Assembly (NCBI GenBank): GCA_051294375.1
Contig: CM119267.1
Span: forward strand, 9,077,709 to 9,141,708
From: Paraspadella gotoi
Lineage: Eukaryota > Animalia > Chaetognatha
DNA: 64,000 bases
Reading direction: 5' to 3'
Positions within the stretch are counted from its first letter, which is position 1; every line of letters begins with the position of its first letter. The position numbers and the translations under genes are program-made. Of the stretch, positions 11,629-22,066 are shown piece after piece. The notes under the pieces were generated by a model, which was not told the DNA's origin, did not search any database, and saw only the letters and a list, made by a program, of their open reading frames with translations.

Positions 11629-12462
11629 TGCTTTTGAATAAATATTAACTGTATTAAACGTGCTTAGGGGGCTAAAGATTTGCCAGAGAGGTTATGGCAA
11701 TTTTAGGAAATGGTTAGCAATAGCCGTTTAGAATTTTTAAGAGTTTATTATTTATGATTATTATTATTATATATATATTATAATTATTATATTATTATTA
11801 TTATTATTATTATATGGGTTTAGTGTAAGGGAAGGAGGATTATGGTTATGGGTTAAAGTTGAAGGATAGGAATGTACGGCAAGACCGTGAGTTTGGTTCA
11901 TTTTTGAGTCGCTTCATTTTCTACGCCATGAGACATTGTCAACCATCTATTTAATCAGAGATTCTAAGACGGAACGCTCGTTCAGCTAATGAATAAACAT
12001 TAAACAATGAAATAAAAAATTCAATTCGCTAAATCAAAAATTTTTAATTTTTTTTTGAATTGACGTTGCCGGATTAATTCGCTATGCCAATAGTTTTTCT
12101 TAAAAGGGGAAAACTTTTCTAGTACTTTTCGATCTGTTGTCCAAACCCAAACCTATTTTACCGAGGTTTTTTTGACGAGTACTAAATTCTAATCTAATTT
12201 AATTTTTCTGTTTACCTTTGAATATTAAAAGCGATTCACGAGTACTGACTTAGCCTCTTTGTTTTAATTACTATTTATACACGCCTTTTATTAGTTAATA
12301 AAGGCTGTATTTTTTAGAAAGACAATCTGTGTTAAAAAAATTCGTATTGCGTCTTTTATTTTTAGTCAGTTTATCATTTTAAGCGTTTAACGTGGTTTTT
12401 TTATCAGTCAATTATCTTCAACTTAAAAATTTGACCATTGTGCTTATTCAAAGGGAGGCGGG

Positions 12463-13616
12463 ATGGCGGCCCCTCCACCAGTAATTCAGGACCTGCCACC
12501 GAAGGGGGGTTACAAGCCATTGTTATGGAAAAAGACAGTTCGACCCAAGGTTTCTCCTTCCGGAGTGGCTTGTTTTGCTGCCTTCGCAGGTCTGGCATCA
12601 GTATTAGTAAAGCATTTAAAAACGGAAGGCTTCATATTACTAATATTATGGTATTCATGGAGTTGAATACGTTCTGGAGGCTTATGGGAAAATGAAGAGC
12701 AAGGTTTTTCTTAATAAATTAATGGAAAACGAAGAGGAACGGAAAAAAAATTAAAGGAATTCAGATATCATAATTTTTTATTATTTGTTATTATTGTTAT
12801 TATATTATTATTTAAATAATGATTGTTATAGTTAAAAGTAAGTTAAACATATAATAAATCAAGGTTAAAAATAAATTAAGATTAAATATAAATTAAGAAG
12901 AAGGGTAAGTTAAAGTTAAAAAAAGGATAAGGTTTGGGATAAGTTAGGGATAAGCTAGGGTTAAGGATAATTTAGGGTTAAGGGTAAGTTAGGGTTTGGA
13001 TTAAGTTAGGGTTTGGAGTAAGTTAGGGTTAGGAGTAAGTTAGGGTTAGGAGTAAGTTAGGATTAAATATAAGTTTAAAACTAGGTCTCAGCTTAAGTAT
13101 ATGGGAATAATTCTAATATGAAGACTTTTGTATATAAGTGAATATAAACGTATTTATTTTTTTATTTATTTATTTAATTTATTTATTTCAATTTATATCC
13201 TATATTCAGCCTGGAGCGGAGCTTGGTTTTATTTTTTTTGGACTCGCTTTTCTCGGACCCGGGCACTCGACCATTATGAGACAACGGAAACAGGTCTTGC
13301 GCTCCAACCATTTTTATTGGCAGAAACTGACCGACATTTCTTAAAAAGGTGAATTATGGGATTAAAATAAGAATCTTCATATAAAGTTCTATGCAGTTTG
13401 TTTACAATTTATTGCATTTTGTTTAGGCTTTGGATCAACCGGGAAGAGGAACGTGAGCTGATGAAGGACGTTCCATTCTGGGTGGTGGGAGCCTGGTACG
13501 ACGAGCCCGTCTTCTTCGACAATTCTAAGTTCATCTATCCTCTCATGGAGGAATATTACGTTCACTGTCACCCGAGGGACTTCAGGCGGCGAGTCTATGT
13601 ACGATTTATGAAATAA
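12463..13616 (+). CDS. NDUFA13: NADH dehydrogenase 1 alpha subcomplex subunit 13 / GRIM-19 (exons 12463-12589, 13210-13348, 13428-13616)
   Basis: QDLPPKGGY..., LALQPFLLAETDRHFLKR|LWINREEERELMKDVPFWVVG. Confidence 0.92.
12901..13065 (+). repeat. Degenerate TTAGGG-containing tandem repeat (~17-bp unit agttagggttaggagta) in NDUFA13 intron 1
   Basis: Repeated gttagggtt(a/t)gga units read directly. Confidence 0.85.
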
Positions 13617-14097
13617 TTACACCTCGGATTACAAAATTGCACGCGTCTAAAAATAAGCGTGCATTTCTGGAAGAAAAAAAATTAAAGTTTTTTCATTGTA
13701 AAATATCTCTATTTGGTTTAAATGTTTAAAAAAACGTTAAAACTAAACTTTATTCATTTTATTAAATTTTACTAATTAATTTTTTTTATTATTAAATTAG
13801 GATTTACCAAAATTGTATGTGTACATAAAGCTGTGTCAAAGTCGTTCTTATTACAGTGAAAAGCTTCCTTGAAAACAAATTTTAAAACTTCGACGTAAGT
13901 TATAAAAGTTGTCATATTATCGTCGTTGCGTCAGGGGGCATAGCTTGTTTGACGTGTTTTCTCATCACCTATAGCCCCAATGTGCATTTTTTTTATCCTC
14001 CTGTTAGAAATAGGAATTCTAAATTCATCGAGTGATTTAAGTTTATTTTGTTTTTTTTTTTTTCATCCCAGCTTTAAAGATACTATTTGAAAAAGAA

Positions 14098-14940
14098 ATG
14101 AATGATGTTCCTATAAATGAAAAAAAGTTACTCTGGGAACTGTGTCAAAAGTCACGGAATTGGAATTTACACCTAATTTATCCAAAAGAAGTGATCGAAT
14201 CGAATATCGGTGAAGAATTTGCCACTCGTCTGGACGCGCTGTATTTGACATTAAAAGCCTCGGACAATTTAGAAAGCGCCGTCACCCGCTTCAACGGACT
14301 ACCTTTACTTCTTACCTCAGTGCGGCGATCCTCTGTGCTCTGTAGTTATAAACCTCTTGCGTCAACTTTGCTTCGTCTCCTTTTGTGGTTTATAAACAAG
14401 AGCCCGTCCCCAGAATCAAAATCTCGGAATTGGGCATTGGCAGAAATAAGCCTTTTATTAGGAAGAGACAAGATCGACAGCTTCGTTCCATTAGCCAAAC
14501 GCTTTGGATTTCTTCAGGACGATCCCCATAAGTTCTTGTTATTCGAGGCGCGATGTCGCTCTCACCTCGTGAGTTCCGATAAGTCATGGAATGATTTCCA
14601 CGCCTCCTCTCTTGACGCATTTGAAACGTTCATTTTTGAAGCCGCGATTGCTTTTGGCGAATTCTCCTCGTGTCTGGAGAGCGCCGAGAAAAACCTAGTA
14701 AAATTTTTGAAGTCTTCCTCCGCTTTTAAATCGTTTGTTCAGACGCCCGAATTTGCTCATGCATCCTTAGTAATTATTGAAAGGCTTCGTGCTGCTCTCA
14801 AAGACTCTGTCTTAAAATTTAATAATTTTGAAAATATATTCTTTCTAGTCTACGTAGAAGAGTGGAAAAGGATCCCCGCAGAAGAGCGAGCGCCAAAGTT
14901 TTGTTTTCCAGAATTCATAAGGAATTCTTTATTCGACTGA
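14098..14940 (+). CDS. FANCC: Fanconi anaemia group C-like protein, N-terminal half only (280 aa)
   Basis: EEFATRLDALYLTLKASD...VTRFNGLPLLL...SYKPLASTLLRLLLWFINKSP...SRNW resembles the FANCC N-terminus as I recall it (QFQEFLRKMYEALKEMD...IERFPTIGQLL...[21 protein letters not shown]...NSW). Confidence 0.55.
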   Translation: MNDVPINEKKLLWELCQKSRNWNLHLIYPKEVIESNIGEEFATRLDALYLTLKASDNLESAVTRFNGLPLLLTSVRRSSVLCSYKPLASTLLRLLLWFINKSPSPESKSRNWALAEISLLLGRDKIDSFVPLAKRFGFLQDDPHKFLLFEARCRSHLVSSDKSWNDFHASSLDAFETFIFEAAIAFGEFSSCLESAEKNLVKFLKSSSAFKSFVQTPEFAHASLVIIERLRAALKDSVLKFNNFENIFFLVYVEEWKRIPAEERAPKFCFPEFIRNSLFD

Positions 14941-14944
14941 AGAG

Positions 14945-17887
14945 ATGAAGATGGAAGGGAATGACTTAAAAATTCTCGTCGCGGAGGCGTTTGATTCCTC
15001 GAAACCCTCTCGATTCGATCAGTTTGTCGCAAAGTTGTCGAGCGCCGAAACCAGTGACGCTGATGTTCTCGGAATTTTCGATGCCATTTTAAATTCTCAC
15101 CTTCACGAGATGAAGGAAATGAAGAGGCAAAAAGCTTTCGTCGAAGCTTTGTTGAAAGTCAAGTGGGCAATGAGAGATTTTGAAGTCGTCAAAGTTTACG
15201 CTAATTTGCTGTGCGTAGTCTTGGTGTCTAATTTGTGGGCGGCTAAGGACACGTTGAAATCGATCATTCTCAACTTCCTCATTCCTCGAGTCGATGCCGA
15301 CTCGGACGATTTGGCTCTTGTGGTCTCCCGACGCGCGAAGTACGACTTGCTCTTCAACAAAGTTCATCACTGTCTGGAGACAGTTCTTCATAAAATTCCC
15401 GGTTCGAGCCATTACCTCGTCGATTTACTGGAAAAAACTGTGCCGTACAAAAAAGCCCCTACATTCGTGCAAGAGTGTTACTTTTACAATTTGTTGAGGA
15501 TGTGCGACTATGTTCGCGAGCTACGCTCTCGAATTCTTCAGATAATCATCCAACATCTCGTCGCACTCGACGTTCTCGCTCCGAGACTCGATATCATCGA
15601 GAGCGACTTCGGCGATGTCGCCTCTCTTTCCGAGCGCCTAGAAACTTTCGAATCACAAGACACGGACGCAGATTCCAGCGGCTTCTGTCTCATGTCTTAC
15701 CGGCATTTCTACTCTCGGCGAATGAATCATCCTATTGCTCACACGCTCGACGTTCTCATGTTATTGCTCTTCGATTGGATTTCTAGGAAATGGCGTCTGA
15801 ATAAGGGGGCTGATCGAGGAACCAAACTTCGCAAAGAGGGTTTCAACAATTTTTGGAGGGAGCTGCTGGCGGTATTTCAAAAATCGCTTTTAACGACCGA
15901 AAAAACGTCGCATGTGCAGTTTGTCATGTTTTTTGTTTGCAACCTCGACCGCGCGATGGCTGACGCTTTTCTTGACTATCTTTGGAAACGTGTGGCCGAC
16001 CCCGGGCAACCGGCGGTAGTGAGGAGGGCCTCGGCTTGCTTTGTAGCCTCGTTTATTGCAAGGGCCAAGCACTGCCGAGTTTCAAGCGTGAACGCGATAT
16101 TCTTCAACATGTTGAACTGGACTGAAAGGTATTTGGACTATAAAAGTTTTAAAATTCCGTATCTTTTTAACGTATTTTAGTTTTTCAAATCTTATTTTAT
16201 GAGTTATTTTGTATTAGGTATATGAAAGTATAAAAATTAACTCATATTTTTTTTTAGAAGATTTATAAATATTGAAGAGACAGTAATTATTGTTATGAAT
16301 TAATGATAGAACTGTTCAATATAAGCAGTCCCTAAGCTTCGGATCAGGCTGTAACATCGTGTTACAGGCGGGTTAAGCGCCCCGTCCCTCTTAACTGCAA
16401 GGCGACCACCGGGCTAGAACCCCGGACCTTTGGGTTGGGAGGCAAATTACTTGCTTAAGAATGTAGAAGTGGTTTAGCACATAGTAAGTTTGATAGGTTT
16501 TTTCAATAAACTACATCGTGACCATTTGAAACCCGCCGCTATAAAAAATTCACCATACGAAAACGAGTAAAGATTTCAACATTTTGAAATGTTGCGTGTT
16601 GTAGTTGTTCATCCACAGTATCACATAAGAGCCCGTTAAAAATTGATACAGGAATATTGATTCTAATTTCTTAAAAGTAATATACCTTGCTATTGATTTT
16701 TTTAAAACTAAAGTGTTTATAATTTGATACCTTTTAACTTTGACTAGGCCCCCCCAAATTTTTTTTTATGCTACAGAATCTAAAAAAATAACAGTGTATA
16801 CAGTTTTTTGACGGCTTTCAATATCAATATTATTGCTATTTTTGTAAATTTTATTAAATCGTTTTTAAATAATTTTTCGTTTTTAAAAAATTGCTTGGAA
16901 TTTTTTCCGAGCGACAGAATAATTATACATAAAAAATGTATGTCTTATCTTTAAATATCTATAGTAAAAATTTAAAAATATTTTTTACGTTTTCGTTTGG
17001 TGAATATTTTCTAGCGGGGGGTTTCGAATGGTCACCATATATAAAAGCTTTGTTTTGGTAACTTAATTAGGTATTGCGACCGAGCGGATTCTGTCAATTC
17101 AAAGAGCAGAGACGAAGGAAACAACCGTCATTCGATTTTCTACGTCGTTTGTCAGTCGCTCTTTTACATGCTGGCTTTTCGTCACGAAGAAATACTGAAA
17201 AACACTACCAGTTTTCGTCTTTACGGCCTTAAATTGAAACGGATAGTAGACTCATCCCTGAATCCACTCCATTTTTGTCTTGAAGCCGTCGTCAGCAATT
17301 TCGCTTCGATTTGCAGGTTTTTATTTTAAATTCAATACCGTAGTATGTGTTAAGGAGCGGCATGTTTTCTTTAGAAACTATCTATCTCGCCTTTCTTTTA
17401 AAATCTGTATTTTCTTATAGTTCCTACCAGCTGATCGACTGCCATCCCATCATCAACGAGAATCGTAGAAACAAAGTTCCCCGATTTAATGACGATGAAA
17501 GAATCGACGACGGCGACGAAAGAGGGAATCCCCTCGGTGTTTTCTTCCCTTTCGACCCTTATCTTCTCTCCCAGTCGGCTGCGTTTATTGTCGCTAACAA
17601 TTCGTATCAGGAATTCGAAGGTTGGATTAATCATAGTAATAATCATGATACTTTAAAAAGATTTTAGTTGAATATTTTTTTTTTCATTTAATCCAGCCAT
17701 AGATCAGTCTATGGAAAAATCTGGTCGCGCCGACGGCGATGCGATGGACGTGGAATCTGCGATTGAAGTTTCTCACAATACGTCCAAGGCGCCGTATTTG
17801 CCGTCGCTGGAGGAAGAAATTTGCGCAACCGCCGACGACGATTGGCTAATCCATGACTCCCTAAACGAAATGATCCTGGAAATCTGA
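14945..17887 (+). CDS. RRN3: RNA polymerase I transcription initiation factor RRN3/TIF-IA (exons ~14945-16128, 17071-17316, 17421-17620, ~17697-17887)
   Basis: PYKKAPTFVQECYFYNLL, AHTLDVLM, TSHVQFVMFFVC, RRASACFVASFIARAK, HSIFYVVCQSLFY..FRH, FFPFDPYLL. Confidence 0.93.
16271..16454 (-). mobile_element. tRNA-derived SINE-like repeat, copy 1 (5'-truncated head)
   Basis: Highly similar to 28819-29021; B-box-like ggttctagcc on - strand. Confidence 0.75.
16514..17039. mobile_element. MITE with ~55-bp imperfect terminal inverted repeats, flanked by TA
   Basis: gtgaccatttgaaacccgccgctataaaaaattcacc at 16518 pairs with ggtgaatattttctagcggggggtttcgaatggtcac ending 17035. Confidence 0.75.
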
Positions 17888-17996
17888 GATTGTCGCTTTT
17901 CAGACGTTTTTTTTTAGTTACAAAGATTTTTTTTCATCGATAAGCTGTTTTTTGTGTGTTTTTTTTTTAGGATTTTTTCCTTAATTAACTACTACA

Positions 17997-20900
17997 ATGA
18001 GCGGGGGGCGGGACAGCATGACATTTCAAGTCACCGGATCCATCGTTCGCGTTGCGATGAAGAATTTTGTGTCGTACAAGGATGTCGAAGTGCGACCGGG
18101 ACCCTTTCTCAACGTTATCATCGGGCCGAACGGAACCGGCAAATCGACCCTGGTTTGCGCCATTTGTATCGGATTGGCGGGAAAAACATCTTGGCTCGGG
18201 CGCTCTCACAACGCGGCCGATTATATTAAACACGGAGAGGAAAAGGCCGAGCTCGAAATCGAACTTTTCAACGTGGACGGCGACAACTACGTCGTGCAGT
18301 CGGAAATCAACAACATGGGAAACCTTTCTTGGCGCCTCAATGGATCTAGAACGACAAAGAAAGAAATCGAATCTCTAGTTAACAGCTTAAATATCCAAAT
18401 CGGTAATCTGTGCCAGTTTTTGCCCCAAGACAAAGTCGCTGATTTCGCTAAAATGACCCCCGAAGAACTGTTGGAGAACACTCAGAAAGCCGTCCAACCG
18501 CTACTTTATCAGCAACACGAAGAACTAAAGGCTATGCACGTAGAAATGAGCAAGTTTGAATCTTTTACGGAGAACGACCAGGTTAACCTCGAGACCGAGA
18601 TACAAAAGAACAAAGCGCTCGAGGGTGATGTTCAGAATTACCAACGTCGTCGCCGGTTCGAGGAGGACATTCAGTTGCTGATGAAAAAACGACCTTGGCT
18701 CGAGTATGAAGCAAAGCGTCTCGAATGGAACGAAAAAAAGGAGGGGCAAAAAGAAAAAGAAACTCTTGTCATCTCTTTGAGAAAAGAATCGGCTCCTTTA
18801 ATGGAATTGGAAGAGAAGGTTCGGCGACTTTCTCGAGACGTAGACCAAAAGCTCGTTGAGAGGAGCCACGAAATGAACGACATCAACCGAGCCGCCAACG
18901 AAATTGTTAAGAAAAATGAAAGAGAAGGAAATAAGATTCAAGAAATGAAAGAAAATCTCGTGGCTTTTTTCAAGGAGGAGGAAAAAAGAAAAAGTAAGGC
19001 AACGTTGATAAAAAATTCCATCCTTACGTTGAAAGAAAAGCTTCAAGAGATATCGGAGAACGATTCCACGGCCGAAATTCAACCTCGGCTCGCAGAGGTA
19101 GATCGCCAACTTAAGGAGATCCGTCATCGAACGGTGCAACTTGAAGGCGCTTCGAACAACGTCGATCAGGAACTTCAAGGTCTCGTGCGTAATATGAACC
19201 ATTTAAGAGAGCAACAACAACAACTGCACGACGTGCAAAGTCGCAGACTGGAACGCTTGCGACAGTTTCACAAACCTACATACGACGCAGTCCTTTGGCT
19301 ACGGAACAACACGGATCGGTTTAGGGCCACCATTCACGAACCACTGATGCTCGTTATCAACGTTAAGGATGTCCGGAATGCTAAGTACATCGAGACTCAC
19401 GTCTCCAACAATGATAAGAAGGCTTTCGTGTGCGAGGATCCTGATGACATGGAATTATTCCTGCGAATTATGCGCAGTGAAATGCATATTTCGGTCAATG
19501 CTGTGCAGGCCCCTGCAGAAGCTTCCGCGAATTTTAACCCAGCTAAGCCCATCCGACACTACGCTTCTGTCGGATTTAAGTCTTACCTCCGTGAACTATT
19601 TACTGCTCCTGAGCCCGTCGTTAGCTATTTGTGCAAAATGTACCGCGTTCACAGTTGCCCCGTTGGAACTGAGAAATCTAAGCAGAATATGGATAGAATT
19701 TTTCGGGAGCACCCGGAAATAGGACTGTTTTATTCGGAAAATAGTCGGATATCTTCTAGAAAATCAAAATATTCTGGGGAGAATCTCATAAGTCAATCTC
19801 AACTTCGTCAGGCCGATCTATTAACTACGTCACTAGATCAGGATCGAATTGATCTGGTCAAGACTCAGGTTCAGCAAGTTTCTAACGAGATGGAGACCAA
19901 AAAGACAGAGCGGCGTCAAGTGTTGGAAGAAATGAGGTCACTGGAAGCGAACACTCTTGATCTTACAAAGAAAAGAAAAGAATTAACTTTTCAAATGAAC
20001 CAAAAACGAACCCTTCAGGAACAAATTCAGCAAAAGACTAGACAGCTCCAGCAACTCGAAAGTGAAAGCCTCAACGCGGATCAATTCAAAAGCGATATGA
20101 GCAGAAGAATTGATGCCAGTCTTCGAAGAAGAGTTTCATTGATTGCCGAGCACTATGCAAAATCCCGGAATCAACAGCGGATTGGAGTTTCGAGATCATT
20201 GTTGATATTGAAACAGTCGCAACACAAAGATAAACTGGACAGAATACAAACTCGAATTCGCGAAGCAACCGAATTTCTTAGAAAAGAAGAGCGTGAATTT
20301 GAAGAATTAAAACTTACTTGCAACAATCTTAAGCTCGAAGCTAATCTACTCAGATCAAAGGCTCACGAAGCATGCGGAATGCGACCTTCCGACACCACCG
20401 TGCCCAATGAGCTTCAGTCTCTCTTTAACAACCTTCCCGACGATATAGAGGATATAGACAAGGAAATCTTCGAGCTCCAGGCCAAGGCCGATTGCATAAA
20501 TAAGATAGATTCGAGCAAAATTCAAGAATTCGAAAAACGACGCAAGAGAATAGAAGAAATGCAGGCGCATTTAGACCGAAGACAGTCGCAGTACGACGCT
20601 CAACGAGACAAAATGAAACGACTCAACGACGAATGGCGACCGCGACTAGATCAACTTTTGGCGAAGATCGATCGTAACTTCGCTATATTCATGGAAACTC
20701 TCGGATGCGCGGGTGAAGTGGATCTCCGCGTCCCCGTTACCGATGAGGTTTACGCGTCTTACGGCATTCGCATCAAAGTCAAGTTTCGGACCTCGGAAAC
20801 TCTTAGGGAATTGACGGCCCATCATCAATCTGGAGGAGAGAGGGCCGTATCGACCGTCTTATACATGATGGCTTTGCAGGAGCTGACAAAATGTCCATTC

Positions 20901-21155
20901 CGATGCGTGGATGAAATTAACCAGGGTATGGATCCGGTGAACGAGCGCAAGATATTCCAACTGGTCGTGGACACTGCGTGCAACAAATCCCAATCCCAGT
21001 ATTTTTTGCTTACCCCAAAATTGCTCGCAAACATGATAGACGAATGCGATTCCACAAAGATGACAGTCCTTACCATCTTCAACGGTCTCGGTATGGTAAA
21101 TCATAAAGAGTGGAATTTGAAAAAGTTTCTTAAGCGAAGAAGAACCATTGATTAA
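17997..21155 (+). CDS. SMC5: Structural maintenance of chromosomes protein 5 (intronless, 1052 aa)
   Basis: Walker A GPNGTGKS, NLCQFLPQDKV, coiled coils and hinge, HHQSGGERAVST signature, PFRCVDEINQGMDP, QYFLLTPKLL. Confidence 0.98.
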   Translation: MSGGRDSMTFQVTGSIVRVAMKNFVSYKDVEVRPGPFLNVIIGPNGTGKSTLVCAICIGLAGKTSWLGRSHNAADYIKHGEEKAELEIELFNVDGDNYVVQSEINNMGNLSWRLNGSRTTKKEIESLVNSLNIQIGNLCQFLPQDKVADFAKMTPEELLENTQKAVQPLLYQQHEELKAMHVEMSKFESFTENDQVNLETEIQKNKALEGDVQNYQRRRRFEEDIQLLMKKRPWLEYEAKRLEWNEKKEGQKEKETLVISLRKESAPLMELEEKVRRLSRDVDQKLVERSHEMNDINRAANEIVKKNEREGNKIQEMKENLVAFFKEEEKRKSKATLIKNSILTLKEKLQEISENDSTAEIQPRLAEVDRQLKEIRHRTVQLEGASNNVDQELQGLVRNMNHLREQQQQLHDVQSRRLERLRQFHKPTYDAVLWLRNNTDRFRATIHEPLMLVINVKDVRNAKYIETHVSNNDKKAFVCEDPDDMELFLRIMRSEMHISVNAVQAPAEASANFNPAKPIRHYASVGFKSYLRELFTAPEPVVSYLCKMYRVHSCPVGTEKSKQNMDRIFREHPEIGLFYSENSRISSRKSKYSGENLISQSQLRQADLLTTSLDQDRIDLVKTQVQQVSNEMETKKTERRQVLEEMRSLEANTLDLTKKRKELTFQMNQKRTLQEQIQQKTRQLQQLESESLNADQFKSDMSRRIDASLRRRVSLIAEHYAKSRNQQRIGVSRSLLILKQSQHKDKLDRIQTRIREATEFLRKEEREFEELKLTCNNLKLEANLLRSKAHEACGMRPSDTTVPNELQSLFNNLPDDIEDIDKEIFELQAKADCINKIDSSKIQEFEKRRKRIEEMQAHLDRRQSQYDAQRDKMKRLNDEWRPRLDQLLAKIDRNFAIFMETLGCAGEVDLRVPVTDEVYASYGIRIKVKFRTSETLRELTAHHQSGGERAVSTVLYMMALQELTKCPFRCVDEINQGMDPVNERKIFQLVVDTACNKSQSQYFLLTPKLLANMIDECDSTKMTVLTIFNGLGMVNHKEWNLKKFLKRRRTID

Positions 21156-21358
21156 AATACACGAGCTTTGTTAACGTATGTTTCTGAATTGACTTAAATC
21201 TTTGTGTCTTGCTGGTGATAATATTAGTTTCAAATTCTTTTGAAAAAGAAACTTGTCTTAAAACATTGAGCTATTGCATTTCGGTAGTTAATAGTTAATT
21301 TCTTGTTATTTTCCTTATTTTTTTATGATCGCTGGGGAAAAGAAAAACTAAAACAAAC

Positions 21359-21973
21359 ATGTTTTCAAGTGAGTTCCTTAAACTTTCTCGTTCTTGTGTT
21401 GCGTCGAAAAGTTACTTAAGCAATGGTGTTTTGAAACAAAGACTTTTTTCCTATTCATCACTATTATTCGGGGAGGTTAAAAATAAATCTGAGATTTCAC
21501 ATGAAATGCCTCAAGTCTACGAAGGCAACTGCCGTTTGGGTTCGCTGATCAAAAGAGTCAAATATCTGTCGTTCTTCTCTTCCGGCTGCATACTCGGCTC
21601 TCAACCTTTTCTTTGGGAATCTTACTCTAAGATGAACAGCGTCTTGTTCCAATCACTCGTCGGTGGAGTCATGTCATTCTTTTTCATTGGAACTCCGTTT
21701 CTAATTCACGGCTTCACCAAAAAGTTCGTTACCAAGATGACTCTGGATCCGCAGTCGAAAACTTTCACTGTCTCTACAATGACCTTTTTCTTCCGCGAGA
21801 ACAAATTAAGTTTTCAGCAGGGAGATATTGTCATTCCGTCGACCCCACTCCCATTTACTACTCTGTACGCCAAAGGCGTCCCCTTACTGTTTTTACCTGA
21901 AGGATTCAATTCTCGATACGCGCACGACCACCTTATGAGATTGGACGTGCCAGTTGACTTGAAGGCGAACTAA
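21359..21973 (+). CDS. TMEM70: Mitochondrial transmembrane protein 70
   Basis: VYEG...KRVKYLSFFSS, TPFLIHGFTKKFV, FTTLYAKGVPL...YAHDHLM; basic presequence. Confidence 0.88.
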   Translation: MFSSEFLKLSRSCVASKSYLSNGVLKQRLFSYSSLLFGEVKNKSEISHEMPQVYEGNCRLGSLIKRVKYLSFFSSGCILGSQPFLWESYSKMNSVLFQSLVGGVMSFFFIGTPFLIHGFTKKFVTKMTLDPQSKTFTVSTMTFFFRENKLSFQQGDIVIPSTPLPFTTLYAKGVPLLFLPEGFNSRYAHDHLMRLDVPVDLKAN

Positions 21974-22066
21974 TGTGTTATTGGTCTTTTCTAATTATTT
22001 CTTGTTGATTTACAGGAATGTCATTTAATGATACGATCGATTTAAGACTGATTGATTATTTAGATT

